From Octopus vulgaris (Eukaryota), in contig OX597815.1 in assembly GCA_951406725.2 (NCBI GenBank), positions 140,616,001 through 140,680,000 of the forward strand: a DNA stretch of 64,000 bases. The letters are read 5' to 3'. Positions 13,696 to 28,092 of this stretch are shown here, piece by piece (within the stretch, counting starts at the first letter, position 1; each line of letters starts with the position of its first letter). Under the pieces are notes generated by a model that saw only the letters and a list, made by a program, of their open reading frames with translations, ran no database searches and was not told where the DNA came from. The position numbers and the translations under genes were made by a program.

Positions 13696-14164
13696 CATAT
13701 ATATGGAAGCAACGTTTTGTATGTGTTTCGTTGCAGATGTTTGTGTCAACTGCTAAGACAAAATTTAGCCTAGATAAGCAGGTATTAGGTTCCATAATGT
13801 TAGCAGACGTAGCATGTGATACCTTCAACTACGTATACATACGCTTACATATGTTCACAATCTTATCTACCTACCACCTCTCTCACTCTCTCTCTCTCTT
13901 ACTTTTTTTTTTCGCTCACTTTGTCTTTTTCACTATGTACCTACCTTCACCTCACAAGCTTATACACGCATATGTATGAAAATGCAGACATTGTTCACTA
14001 GATACAGACTAAGAAATGATTCAGAAGGATACACATATCATCGTCGCTAAGATATAAATATACACATATATCTATATTGCATGCATACATACATATATTA
14101 TATATATATATATACATACATATATCTATCTACACATATACATATATATGCATATATGTATATG

Positions 14165-14201
<37 letters not shown>

Positions 14202-14205
<4 letters not shown>

Positions 14206-14508
14206 TTAAATCCTTAAAAATGTTTTAGCCCGAAGGCCGCGGCCATCCTAGGGCACCACCGCTGAATGAGCTACACTAATTTGTGAATCCACCTCTGATA
14301 CGTGGCACTTGATCAACAAGGGGGTTCGATGCTGCTGCCCGCATCCGCGTCTCCTGTCGTGAGGTAGGCTCATCTGGGACTCCCAACAAGAAGAGATCCA
14401 GTTTAGTTTTAAAGAAACCCACATCCACACCATGTAAGTCTCTCAGGCATTTGGGGAGGATGTTAAAGAGCTGTGGTCCTCTGAAACCCAAGCTGTTGCA
14501 GTATCTAT
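14202..14508 (-). mobile_element. CR1/L2-group LINE 3' end with (TTTAAGGA)n tail
   Basis: YCNSLGFRGPQLFNILPKCLRDL..FKTKLDLFLLGVPDEP..RAAASNPLVDQ, then a short UTR stem-loop and tandem tail. Confidence 0.75.
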
Positions 14509-14560
14509 TATATATATATATATATATATATGAAAATAAGCAACAGTATTTCAAATAGTG

Positions 14561-14648
14561 ATACAGTACGACTGTTTCAAGCACCTCCATTTATTTGAAA
14601 AATGCAATCAATACATCAATTTAAATGCTGGGCTATCATCAGCTGCAC
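14561..14648 (-). ncRNA. Type I hammerhead motif with long stem II, in a solo pLTR-like fragment next to (TA)n
   Basis: gtgcag|ctgatga|tagccc agcattt...aggtgct t|gaaac agtc gta|ctgtat. Confidence 0.65.
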
Positions 14649-15219
14649 AAACAAATACGTAGATTTTTAATCAGTATGGCACATTAATGCAATTTTTCTC
14701 AAGTATTTTAACAGAGCAAAAAGATGAGAGAAGTTAATCTTGTAGCGAAGAATAGACTACATTTCGAATAATCGCATGAATCATATTGAGTAATAGTGTT
14801 GTAAGGGATTGTAATGTATTTCTAATTCCTTTATCTCTTTATCAACTACTAAATCTCTAAATCTAAGACTGGAAAACTGTATCTATTTTCAGTAAAGGAT
14901 AAGAGTGAGTTGACAGCTCATGGCTAGGTATGATCATAAATATTATCATATGTATCCCTCTTCCTCAGTAAGGAAAGAAGACATTAGGACTATTCAATTG
15001 GATATAAATAACTGTCTATAAAAAGGGGCCCAGTAGCGGAGGACTTTAAATCATGATATTAATTACCAGTTAAAGGGGCAAGAGGATAAGAAACCTAAGA
15101 TCTTAATACAGAGGAAATTTAATTTTATGGCACTATGAGTGATTGTTTATAAACATTATTGTTATATTGTATAAAAATAAAATTTAAGATTTTATATATA
15201 TACACATATATCATATGTG

Positions 15220-15222
<3 letters not shown>

Positions 15223-15264
<42 letters not shown>

Positions 15265-15408
15265 ATTTATCTATCTATCTATCTACCTATCTATCTATCT
15301 ATCTATCTATTTATGTATCTATCTATCTATCTATCTATCTATATATCTATCTATCTATCTATCTGTCTAGCTAGCTAGCTATATCAATTTATCTACCCAT
15401 CTATCTAT
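15223..15408. repeat. (TC)n/(TATC)n microsatellite
   Basis: Seen directly. Confidence 0.95.
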
Positions 15409-15848
15409 GTATATATTGCTTGAATGTCACAGAATTTATCTCAAGATCTTTAGACATTTCTCTATGTCTGGACAGGTACAACTAGCTCGTATGTGTATAT
15501 GATACTTTCATGGATAGAAAAAGGGTAGGCATTGTCCCTAGTTGTAGTCTATTATTGGTCTCCTCAATGGCTAATCTGCTCAAATTTTTTTCAATATAGG
15601 TTCTTTGAATTTAGTAAAAAAATTAATGATAAAAATTGAATTTAATTAAGATCGAATTTAATGATAAGAATTTAATGATAAAAGTGAACAATGAGACTGG
15701 AGATAGCAGCAATGTAGATGTATGCGGCTGTTAATACGATCCTCTCACTTTATTTCTTACTGATGCTGATTGAAGTTATGATATATCCATGTTGGATTAG
15801 TTCTCCACCAAATATTCAATGGGGATGTGTGTAATTGAAATTTTTTTT

Positions 15849-16064
15849 CATGTAGGTGATGAAAAGTTCCTGGTTTTGAATGAAAGAAAATACAAGAGGA
15901 TCAGTTAATTATGATTTTATTCAACATATTCCCCTTTCAGATTCACGTATTAAAGCGGTCCTTCAGTTATTCTAAGCCTTGTAAAAGAACTTGAAATGTT
16001 GGGCCTCCACTCAAGCCTTCCCTGATACCCTTAAAACCAGGAACTTTTAACTCCCCACCACGTA
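15849..16064. mobile_element. Mariner-derived MITE
   Basis: TIRs GAAAAGTTCCTGGTTTT / AAAACCAGGAACTTTT; an internal minus-strand VNLKGEYVE remnant. Confidence 0.75.
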
Positions 16065-16843
16065 TTTGTGATCAATGTCTCTTGTTGTCGTTTAGCCTTG
16101 TCGAATCGAGCGAACATCTATTTTAAAATTATTGCAATTGCGACCAACACATTTTTCATATGGGCAGTTATCTGAACACCACTTTGTTCTGGGTGTCCAT
16201 TTTTTTCATGCTAGTAGGGTTTGATTGAGAGATTTTAGCGGCCATTTATAGTTGGTCCGGTAATCAGGCTGAAACCACCTCGTAGTGTATTCTGTTCTAC
16301 GTCTTTGGCGGCAGTGGTGGTAATGCGGTCTGATGAAGGTGTAATTACTTTTCGTCTATCTCATTATATTATTTGTATATATAACATCTTCAGCTATAAA
16401 CGGGAGTCAATACTAAATGTTATCATTAACATTGCTACAAATGATTAACGATTAATAATGGATATATTATTAACACAAATGATAATAGTAAATATTATAA
16501 GATGACGAATGATTTCTGTTTCTTCTTTGCAGTGGTAACAGTTCTTTTAATTCGGAAGTTGCAATATGTTTTACTGTTTGGAACAAATTGTCTGATATAT
16601 TGTGATATATTGAATAGAAATAAGATGAAGATTAAACGTATGGGATATTATTATTATGGGATATTATTATTGTGATAAGTCTATCTGGAATTATTTTCTG
16701 TAGAAATAGCCAGTGACTTGGAATAATTGACCAAAGAATATAAGCTGCTTTTTCGTAATACATTGGTCAGAATCGTTACATCGTCTCATAGATTTTCTAT
16801 AGTGTAAGCTACTAGTTAGAAAGAAGCTGAAATACTATCCAAT

Positions 16844-17200
16844 AGACATGACTGTGTGGTTAAGAAAGCTGTTTTGCAACCGCGTTGCTTCTGATTCAGT
16901 CCCACTGTCCTCTATTATGGTCCCGGGCCGACCAATGCTTTGTAAGTGAATTCGGCAGATAGAAACTGTATGGAAGCCCGTCATATATGTGTGTGTCATT
17001 TTGTGTGTTTAACAACCGGTGCTGGTTAGTTTATATCATCGTAAACTGGTGGATCTGGAAAAGAGGCCAATTGAATGACTACCAGATTAATTAAAAAGAA
17101 AACTTTGGGATCAATTTGTTGAACTAGAGCCATTCAAAGTGGTATCCCTTAATAGCCGAAGTCAAATGACTGAAAAAAGTTTAAAAAAATAAAGATAAAA
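16844..17200 (+). mobile_element. tRNA-like SINE family B, decayed
   Basis: Colinear with 29441-29760 (TGACTGTGTGGTTAAGAA...TTCAGTCCCACTG...GTCAAATGACTGAAA). Confidence 0.75.
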
Positions 17201-17553
17201 TAAAATAAATTTCCTGTGAATGGCATTGTCTTGGCAAACATCAGGCAACATATTTACCGTCATATTTACGACCATTAAAATGTGGAGACACAGCGACGGG
17301 AATACGTTGGCATCACGTGAGGAATGGAAACCATTATCTACTGATTTTCACCATCGATATATTTCTTTTACAAATAGATGACACATACACGTGCTGAGTT
17401 GGCCACGCTTCACTACAAGAGAAATGCAGATGAATAAAAGTTTATAATTCACTTCACTACATTGATTAATGGTCAGTTAATATGAGTTGGAAATCCTCCT
17501 TAGGCATCTTAGGTAAATAAACAGCTTTACTGATGGAAAGAATTGGTAACAAA

Positions 17554-17595
<42 letters not shown>

Positions 17596-17749
17596 ATGCC
17601 AGCTTATAAAAAAAAACCCAGTTTCAACACATGCATACAGACATATATCTATAAATTTCTGTGTGACTGTCTGTTTGTCTGACTGTCTGTCTCTCTCTCT
17701 CTCACACTCATACATACATGTGTGTACGTCTGCTCTTGTTCGTGTGTGG

Positions 17750-18035
17750 TGAAGGTGCGTGATTTACAGGCAAGCTCGTGAGTTCGATTCCCGGTGGTAT
17801 GTTGTGTTCTTGAGCAATACACTATAATTTAACGTTACTCCAGTTTACTCAGCAAGGCAAAAATCACATGTCCCTGTAATTGAAATGGACAGCCTCGTCA
17901 CACTCTGCCTTACGCTGAAACCCTTTAAGAATACCGTTCAGGTTACACACGTCTGTGGAGTGCTCAGCCATTTGCACGTTCATTGCAGGTGGCTGGTCCC
18001 TTGATTGGATCAATTGCAACACTACAGGACGCCAG
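17750..18035 (+). mobile_element. tRNA-like SINE related to family C
   Basis: B box GTTCGATTCCC followed by TGTTGTGTTCTTGAGCAA..CTCCAGTT.ACTCAGC, as at 39715-39770; the 3' half differs. Confidence 0.7.
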
Positions 18036-18071
18036 TGAGCGTAAGTGTGTGTATGTGTGTGTGTGTGTGTA

Positions 18072-18117
<46 letters not shown>

Positions 18118-18370
18118 GTGACTCTTTACTAAGCGTCGTTTGTGCATCTATTACCAGTTCATTTTTGTCGATCTGCTCCACCTTTGAAAATTAACCCACT
18201 GAAACACATGTAGTTAACAAACATAAAATATCGCTCATATTTTCTCCGTCCTGCATTGTATAGTGTGGCTCAGAATCGGCATTGTGGACTATCCTTCGAA
18301 GTCCCAATTGGATAGCTGTCGCAAAAGGTTTTAGGAGCTTAACGTACGATCGATTTCTGTGCTCAAAATA

Positions 18371-18422
<52 letters not shown>

Positions 18423-18434
18423 GTTATTATTATT

Positions 18435-18991
18435 GAGTGAGAGAGCAGTGCATACCATCGAAGTGACACTAGGGTAAAATATACGAAGCCCAGTATATTC
18501 ATCATGACTACCCGTCAGATAAGAGTAAACTAGGCACATGCATCACAACCATATGTGCACGACATGGTGGTCTCATATCAAGATAATCAGCACCTAAACT
18601 TGCAGGTGGGGCCCAGTTAGAGTTTTCTTCTAGTCAAGTAACCCATCCTGCTCAAAAGATCCCCGAATAAGCATTGTTTAAGGATGTTAAACGAAACACC
18701 CATGTTTCCAGAGGTGAATTATTCAAACCCCAAAGAATTCCTCCCAACACAGAGCTATGATGCTCCCCCACTACTTCTGCTCGTGATCAGAGATGCACAT
18801 ATCATCAGCCACTAAGGGACATGCTCAACTGGTTGAGTTCAAACAACTGGCCTGCAAATCTGTGGTATTGAGCAGAATATTTGCGGTAGCCCATCTTTTA
18901 TACCAAGACAAAACAATGTACATGATAACACTTCCAATCAGTTAAGATAAGAAGTCACGAGAGCCACTGCCTGATAGTGCATCAGGGCATT
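18435..18991. mobile_element. ~555-bp (TTA)n-inserted element, copy 2
   Basis: Colinear with 1127-1683; flanked by (TTA)n and (TCA)n(TTA)n. Confidence 0.85.
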
Positions 18992-19011
18992 CATCATCAT
19001 CATCATCATCA

Positions 19012-19073
<62 letters not shown>

Positions 19074-19580
19074 GAGGGAGCGAGCATCAAGTTGACGCTG
19101 GGGCACAAATATGCGAAGCCCAATATACTTATCATGACTACTCATCTGATAACGGGACAGAAGAACATGCATCACAGCTATATGTGCGGTTATGGTAGTC
19201 TCATATCAAGAGAAACTCTGTATGACCTTGCAGGTGAGGCTCAGAAATTTCTTCAGGTCGAGTAGTCCAGCCTGCTCAAAAGGTCCCTGAATAAGGATGA
19301 TGAATGAAATACCCAAGTTTTCATTCAAACTTCAAAGGATTTCTCTCAACACATCGTCCCTCAGTACTCCTACTCTTGCTCGTGTTCAGAGATGCATACA
19401 TCAACAGCCATACATCGAATGCTCTACTGGTTAATGTCAAGCAACTGACAAAGAAATCTGCGGTATTGTGCAGAATATTAGCTCTAGCCCATTTGTTAGA
19501 CTAAGACAAAATATGTGCATGTATTCACTTCCAATTAGTTAAGATCAGAATGCATATGAGCCACTACCTGGCACTCCATC
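19074..19580. mobile_element. ~555-bp (TTA)n-inserted element, copy 3 (more diverged, tandem with copy 2)
   Basis: Colinear with copies 1 and 2, with small deletions. Confidence 0.8.
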
Positions 19581-19685
19581 ATCATCATCATCATCATCAG
19601 CAGCAGAGACAGCAGCAGAAGCAGCAGCAGAGACAGCAGCAGAAGCAGCAGCAGAGACAGCAGCAGAAGCAGCAGCAGCAGTAGA

Positions 19686-19770
<85 letters not shown>
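19578..19770. repeat. (CAT)(CAG, 21-bp higher-order unit)(TAG) compound repeat
   Basis: CAGCAGAGACAGCAGCAGAAG occurs three times. Confidence 0.9.
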
Positions 19771-21660
19771 AAGGAAACACATGGACAACTGTTTAGTTTG
19801 AGATGTGGAGTCATCGTACATACCAATTAGTTGTGTAGGCGTTTTTGCTTTTGGGCTTAAATATGTGTACCTGTAATAGCAATAGCAGATGTAACAATCT
19901 TCCATTGTGCGTTTCATTTGAACTTTGTAAATAGCTAATAGTTTTTAGAAGCAGAGCTCTTTTGTAGTTTTTAAGAAGAAAGTTAGACCTTTCCAATAAT
20001 CGGATTCATTCTCATATTAATTTGTTTTTTATGCAAATACGCAATAAGTGAAAACTATTCTGAAAAACCGAACTAATGTGTAACTTATGACGCCAAGTAA
20101 TCTATGAGAATTTCCCTTCAGCTATTGTGTTTTAAAAGAAAATTGAAGACTAATTTACTAATAGATATAAGCTAGATATATACTATCGAACTTTTGCAGA
20201 GTATGTTTACGAAAAAGCTGAGTCTAATAAACCCATCATTTCTCAACTTTCAAATGTTGCTGGAGCAGATATCAAGGGATTGTTCCCATGTTGTTGCATA
20301 AAATTTCAACGAGAAGTTGGTTAGTTATAAATGTCTGGGCTACAGACATATTAAAATGCCGATATAGGACCCGAACCATTCATTACTCGTTTGTTTTTCC
20401 AGTATCAAGTACACTTCACTATATATATATGTCCATCTATTTGTACTTCTATTTCTAGTACTTCTTTCTTTTCTTCCTCCTCAACCTATATCTCTACTGC
20501 CATTTCTCTTCTGTCTATAATGCTGTCGCTACGTCTGTCAATTTCTATCTGTTTCTCCATGTTATGCATGGTGTTTTTTTTATTTATTTAGAAATAAATT
20601 GCTACTACCTTACCGATTAAATGTCAGAAACTCGTAGAGTTGCGATGGCTTGTATAAGTTCCTGTACAACTAATAATAAAATGCAGACATTGTCTGCGTG
20701 GCAACATAGAAGAAAATAGGTGTGATAGCTTAAATTATGGAGAATAATGTATTTTTATGAAACACTATAAGCAAAATGAAATACATTTAGTGATTTGATA
20801 AGAACTGGAAGGGAGGAGGTAAGGCTGAGATGATCACGGAAGAGAATGGAAAATGAATCTCATATATCTTCTGAAATTGAAGTCGACCGGCAAATAATAT
20901 GGAAGACATTAATCTGAAACAGCCAATGGTTTATATAATTAAATATTTTATCCAATAAAATCTGAGATTTATTCTCAACAATATTTGCATGTAAGGATAA
21001 AGGAAGTAGAAAGGAAATATCAGACATCCTGGAATCGGATAGAACAATGTTAACAGTCGGATAGACAACATGGTATAAATGACAGGAGAGATGTAATATA
21101 GATCCAACTTCGACGCTATTAAATATGGCAAAGGAGACGAGAACAAAATTCGCGTCTGTCCGCCATTTTGTTCAGCCATGTAACGAATGATTGTACAAAA
21201 TGAAGGACTATATCACTATCTAGATTTGTGACTAAAATACATTAAACAGTGGCTTTCAGCTATCTTAAGTAAGAAAGGATATTAACAATACAAGAGTAAT
21301 AATTCATTTTATTCGCTGATTGCCGTGTGGTTGGTAATTGTCTACTGAAGTGTACAATTGTTTTATTAAATTACTAGTACGTGGAATCAAAGTAGTTCGA
21401 AGCAATAAATTAGAAACTCATTAGATTTGAAAACATGCTGAGAATTTCTCTTTCTAACTCTATACAATTAAGTGATCAGGTCAAATTACAGATGCATTTA
21501 TAGAAAATCTAAATTATAAAGTATGAGTGTATGTATTTATGAGTGCTTATATGAACCTATTTAAATATGCCTATATATTTACATGTATGCACATTCAGTA
21601 TATATTTAATCAATATATGTCTCTCCATTATAAAAGCAATAGCTTCTGTCTGTCTGTGTG

Positions 21661-21753
<93 letters not shown>

Positions 21754-21754
21754 G

Positions 21755-22224
21755 AACCCAGAAATTGAAAACAGAGGGTTACCCACTTGCAAACAAATCT
21801 GGTAACATATAACAATATTGACCAAGGTTACCGTGGTACTTTTCGTAGGCTTTTCTTCCCACGGATAAACCTTACTTGCTTTCCCCTTTACACCATATAT
21901 CATAACACTGTGATACACGATCCCTATTGATCGTTTTTTTTTTCCTCTTCCCCTTTTTTCCCCTTTTTTTCTTCTTTTTCATTTCTCTTTTCTTTTGTTC
22001 CTTTTCCTTTTCTTTTTCTTTTTTTTCTTTTTTATTTTATTTATTTTTTTTTGTTCTTTTCTTCCCTTTTACGATCCCTCTTGATCGAAAACCTACGCCA
22101 CCCCCTATTTTTTCTTCTTTTTTTTTGTTTCTTTGTTTTTTTGTTTTTTTCATCCCCCAAAAGAAAAGCTCTACCTTGTAACTTGTCCCATCTGTGTGCA
22201 GCCCTGTGTGGCCAATAAAGAAAC
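21755..22224 (+). mobile_element. Probable LINE 3' UTR fragment (T-rich, AATAAA) inserted within (TATC)n
   Basis: (TATC)n on both sides; ends TGTGTGCAGCCCTGTGTGGCCAATAAAGAAA, similar to the SINE tail at 30839-30880. Confidence 0.55.
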
Positions 22225-22260
<36 letters not shown>

Positions 22261-22919
22261 ATGTCTAAGTGTCTCTCTGTTTGTCTGTCTGTCTGTCTGT
22301 CTGCCAGCCTGCTTGCCTGCCTGCCAGCCTGCTTGCCTGCCTGCCTACAAGCCCAACCGCGAGCGGGCGGATGGGTGCCGATATCGTGTAAAGAAGACCT
22401 CACAAATGCGGAATGTATTCTGTAAAAAGAGCATTTACAAGTAACTAAACTGTATGCACAGATTAGCATGTGGATAGCTTCTGTACATGAAGAAGGCCTT
22501 TCTACAATAGGAAATATCTCCTGTCTTTTTTCCCGAGAGTAATGTGAGATTTGAGAGATACTTTGTGCTGTCTCTGTCAGGTCGAGTGATCATATAGACA
22601 TACCCAATTCGCTTATAGAAGAGTCACTTGACTCCAGAAAGAAACCATGAAACGTTGATTATAGCTGTATCTACAAACGAATAAATTATCAACTTCCTAC
22701 TATTTTCACATGCGACCATGTAATTTGCAATATTTAAGAAACCCAACTTGAAAAGAAAACTAATACGAGACAAAATAAAATACATGCATATATATATACA
22801 TATACACGCATATGTATATATGTATGTATGTATCATATATATGTATATATAATGTATATATATATATATGATGATGTATATATGTATATATATGTATATA
22901 TATGCATATATATATATAC

Positions 22920-22977
<58 letters not shown>

Positions 22978-23104
22978 GTATATATATACGTATATAAATA
23001 TGTGTGTACATAGATATATACATCTAAATACTCCCAGACACACGCACACATACATACTGACACACATGTATGTGTATATGTATATGTATGTGTAGCTATT
23101 AATT

Positions 23105-23156
<52 letters not shown>

Positions 23157-23160
<4 letters not shown>

Positions 23161-23300
23161 CTGCCAAAACTGAGCGGATCTTGGCTGGGGACTTCAATCA
23201 GAACGATTAAGATATCGTTATCAGAAAGAGGGAAGAACACTCACTAATTTCCCATCGATAACAAACCAGAATGGTGCTGGCAAGGTCACGAATAGAAAGC
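23157..23300 (+). mobile_element. Possible APE-endonuclease LINE scrap
   Basis: Encodes ERILAGDFNQ (GDFN motif); nothing else recognised. Confidence 0.3.
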
Positions 23301-23731
23301 GAAAAATAAAACAAAATAATAAAAAGGCCGGTTTGTTCAAACCGTGCCAGTTCTCAAATATAACAGTGTTTACGCTAGAGATCAATATCTCTATATCATT
23401 TCAGTGCCAATAAATTGTCAAGTTGTGTGAGTTTTCTTCAAATTATTTTCATATGTAAGCGTGAACCTTTGTAAGGATGGGTTTTGATGTTAATGCTTCC
23501 TTGCATGGTGTATCTGAGATGAATTTGTGTAATTATTCAATATATACTACAATGTGACATTATTATTTATCAGCATTTACTAAAGTTTACTTCTTATATT
23601 ATGTAGTAAACACACCAAAACTTCAATCTAAAATGTTTTGCACCTTTTACACGCGTAGGTCGTCATTCATGCATACATACAAACATACATGTATCCATAT
23701 ACGCATACATACTTATAGATATATTTGTGTG

Positions 23732-23766
<35 letters not shown>

Positions 23767-26203
23767 CCGTGTGTATATATACATATATATATATATACAC
23801 ACACATATATATATATGTTATGTGTGCATGTCCACATGAAGATACAAAATGATTATGCATGTATATGTGTGTACATTTATATGCATGTATACATATTCAT
23901 ATATGTGCTCACATACATACACTCACACACGCATACACGCACACACACGTGAAACACACACATACGTATATACACACTCACAAATGCACACGCACACACA
24001 GATATATGTATGTATTATTTAAGATTACGATAAATTTGCACACAGACGTTTCCTGGAGCTACGATGCCTGTATAATGTTGTAGTGTTGTGGAAATTCATT
24101 TATTGATTAATGAGACTAACAAATTCTAGAATTTTTGCTGTCCTTCAAGTGTCTGATAAGAAGTGTCCAAATAGATGAGAGCACTTGGCATAAAAACTTG
24201 TTGCAATCTAAATGGCTTATCGCATTTAGGTTCGAGCACCTTTCAGAAGTTACAATCGGATTATCACGTGACAAGCGAAAAAATAATGATTTTAAGTGGG
24301 TACCAATGGAAAAAAGTATTAAATACTTTAAAAAGTAGCTATTAATTTTAAAAGCAATTAACCCTTGAAATAGCAAAGAGCTTTGATTTAATGTAACGTA
24401 TATAATGTATAAATTAATGACTGTTAGGCGTTTTATAAGGTCAATTCAATTTTATGATTTCTTTTGTTCTACTTGTGGTATTTGTATCTATGCCACCGAG
24501 GGAAATATTTCTTCAATTAACACTTCAGTGCTGAATTGATATTTACGGTTTGATAGACGAATTTATTTTAACAAAGGCTTTTTTGCGAAGTGTTCCGAAT
24601 ATAATACAAGGGAAAATGGCAAAATAACCACATTTTTAAAACATGGTCTTAAAAATATTAGAGCGATTCAAAGGCAAAGAAAAGTTTGTTTAAATAAATC
24701 CCTAAAGGAAACTTATCCATATTAGAAATATCAATATTGGCGCAACAATTCTATGCAGTTAGGCTTTCATATGAAACAACTTCCTTAGTTTATGGGATTT
24801 AATGTTTCTATCATACTAAATATTAATTTTTGTTGCTAAACTAAATCTATATAACTGATCATCATAATGAATATTAATGCCTTCATCAGGCAGTACAACA
24901 AATAAAGAACGTATTTATATTACTGGAAATATAAATATTTTATTGTCCGTTTTGAGACATTAATGATAAAGTAAAGAAAATTCTATACAACTCCGAATCC
25001 TTTCTAAGCTCATATTTCATTGTATCCAACAGTTTCAAGTCACACCCATTTCCGAATAGTCACAGGAGAGAATTCTGAAGTGTATATAGGAATCAAGTAA
25101 GTGAATTGTAGAACTGTGGTACATATTGCTCTAAAACCCAACGTAAAGTTAACAGTAGTTGTGATAGCATGCTTTATAAGCTGTTATGCCCTTATCAGTG
25201 ATAAAACAGTTGTGCTTGTTTGACAGAAACGTTGGACATTTAATTACGGATCTTAACCTCTTCAGTGAAGGCTACTGGTATTGTAGTTAGGATGTTCGGC
25301 TCACAATTGTAAGAACAGGGATTCACTATTTCACGCATCACAGTACTCTTAATTTAAAATAAGTACCAGTACTGAAGTTTAACTTCGCGATAGACTCGTA
25401 ACTCGTCCCAGGGGAAGAGTTCGTTATCTTCATCATTAACACTTGAAAATCCGGATAAGCTCAGACCCCTCCGATTGTGTAGTCTTGAGGTAGATTTATG
25501 TTACGTTCTCGGACCCAAATCTGCTGATATAAATAGTATCTTCCACCCTTTCAAGTCGATAAAAGAAAGTAGCCTTCATCTATTGTGATTGATTTAATCA
25601 TATGTGCACATATCACGAGTTTGTGAACTTTTGCCTACGTGAGAAATCAATATTAGGGCCACATGACTCTGATATTGATTTCTTTCTACTGTTAAGGATG
25701 CACGTATATCTAAACCATTGAAATAAACAGGCAGTTAAAGGAAGACAATTATTTAGAATAATTCAATGATTGAGCATTTATGAGCTTGTGTGTACATGTG
25801 TGTATGAACGCACGCGCGCTTGTGTATGTGTCAAGACAAGTACATGTAAAAAATAAATAATCAGCCGATATATTATATCAGTTGTTGCTGAGATGACTCA
25901 CACTCCTTATGAATATATTCTGAATAAACGTTCGCCACAACGTGAAATAATACAAGCATAAACAGACGACATTAAAGTAAATCTATTCAACCTGAACAGG
26001 AGATAATAGAGCCAGCTGAATCCAAGCTACTCCATAAGTGGTTCTATAATTCTTAAAAGATACAAGGACCTGAATACTAGATAATCAGTATATAAAATAT
26101 TCGTTATTCTTACAACGCCATTACTGTTTACAATAATGAACAGCTACACTCTGTAGTTGCGATACAAGAAGTATGCACTACACTTGGCTATACCTAAATA
26201 CGT

Positions 26204-26350
26204 GCAGATGTGGTTGTGTAGTTATATTTGTTTTTCAATTATTTCGTTTTGGGTTCATACTGTGTGACGCCTTGAGCAATCTACTATAGCTTTGGTTCGA
26301 TCAATAATTCGTGTGTGAAATTCAGTAGATGAAGTCTATGTAAAAACCTG
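26204..26350 (+). mobile_element. SINE family B head, strongly decayed
   Basis: GCAGATGTGGTTGTGTAGTT...GGGTTCA...CCTTGAGCAA..CTACTATAGC. Confidence 0.55.
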
Positions 26351-27080
26351 TTGGATGCTCCATGCTGTCATATAGTAGACTTAATCTGTCGCCCAGTTTA
26401 ATTCCTCAACAGCTCCTTGGTTTTCTTTAGCATAGCCCATACTTCTACCAAAATTTGGCCAGATCTAGATGTAAGTATAAGTTCCGCTCCAATTCCGCAA
26501 ATCTTGCAGTTACAGCCTCACGATCACTGTAACTGCCCCTGCTCACTAAATAAAAGGCCTAAGCCTTGCTTGATGTCCAGTATTCTGCATCTTTGGTCGT
26601 AGCAATCTCTTAAAAGAAATAGCAAAATCACAGACTTAACATTTTATAGAAACTGAAGTGAAACACATATTAAGCAATATTTAGGCAGGAATAAAGATAA
26701 TGCCCATCACCTGTTACAGGGCTTCCAAAAATAGTTGAGGCGGAGGAGGAAGGTAACTTCTAAATGGGAACATGATCGATGAAATCTGAAGAAAAAGCTA
26801 TCTTCATTAACACTGCATCTGATACAATCCGAGCTGCCAGATGGTTTGTTAAAGCTGTTGTATTTTATTTTTGGTTACTATTTTGAAAATGCTGAATATT
26901 TGCTGCATGTTATAAACTATGACAGAGCTACATATTTCATAGTGTTGCAGGCTAGTTGGCAGAAAGTCATAAATCATGATATTACTAAGGAAAATAAATT
27001 GTTCGCGCAAGTAAACACATGTATTTGCTTTTACTTAAATATACATACGTGTACAATATGTTAATATGCACATATACACG

Positions 27081-27137
<57 letters not shown>

Positions 27138-28036
27138 TTATACATACAGACGCACATACGCACTCACATACACTCATATATTACACATGTGTGCGTTTGT
27201 GTCTGATGTAAGACTTCTGAACGAAATTAACCAAAAGCCAATGCAACATACTTAGGACCAACGAAAAGGAAAGAAGGAAAGAAAGAAAGAGAAACAAGAA
27301 AACTATCATATATATAAAGAAGAGCAAACTGTCAAACAGAATGACGGGAAATATCGGTGCAATTGACTGCATCCATGTGTATGTGTGTGTGTGAGTAGAC
27401 CAACTTACACTTCAGCGATGACATATTACTGTTCAGGGCAACAGTTCAGTTAACAATCTTTTTTGCTATATCTCTAACACTAGAATTGTCAAAGCAAAGT
27501 GTTCCATGGTTACATCTGCATGATGTTCGTATACGTAAGTGTCGGTTAATATTCAAAATCGACTTAATCTCAAAGGAATGATCACTTCAAAAACGGCTGG
27601 CGGTTTTGAAACTGGATTTTAGTCCTGTGAATAACTCTGTTCTACTAATCTTATCTAACAGAACTCGTAATAGGATGGACCAATAATGTCTGAATGTCAT
27701 GTTGGCATGAATAGGGATAGATGATTTGTGGTTTGGAACCAGAAAGGATGATTTTGGGTTATTTGCATTGTGACAACACGCACACAAATGCACTTACAAA
27801 TACAAGTGGGTACATTTCCCCACAAGAGCATACATTTCCTCACATGAGCATAAGTCCCTGTTGATCTACGCAGGATTGCACCTAAGGACTCGTGCACTGG
27901 TTTCTATAACTTCGGAAAGTTGAATGCTATCCTTCTTTTTCGTCTTTCTTTCCATCTCCTTATTCTTTTACTCTCTTCCCCTATGTCGTCAACTCATTAA
28001 TATATACCATTCTCATTTTCGCTATTTTTTCCTATT

Positions 28037-28092
28037 TGTCTCTGATGATGGAATATCCCATACTCGGAGTATCCCAGAAACAGCTCAAAGAC
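28037..28092 (+). ncRNA. Decayed hammerhead motif in a pLTR-like fragment
   Basis: gtct|ctgatga|tggaatat...gtatccca|gaaac agct..|agac; the cleavage triplet is damaged. Confidence 0.5.

Noticed and set aside
21916-21945. Hairpin plus T-run resembling a rho-independent terminator (repeated at 22071)
   Set aside because: Eukaryotic repeat context; part of a T-rich retroelement UTR.
26380-26600. Possible Tc1 relic (VEVWAMLKK on minus strand)
   Set aside because: A single weak motif with no TIRs.
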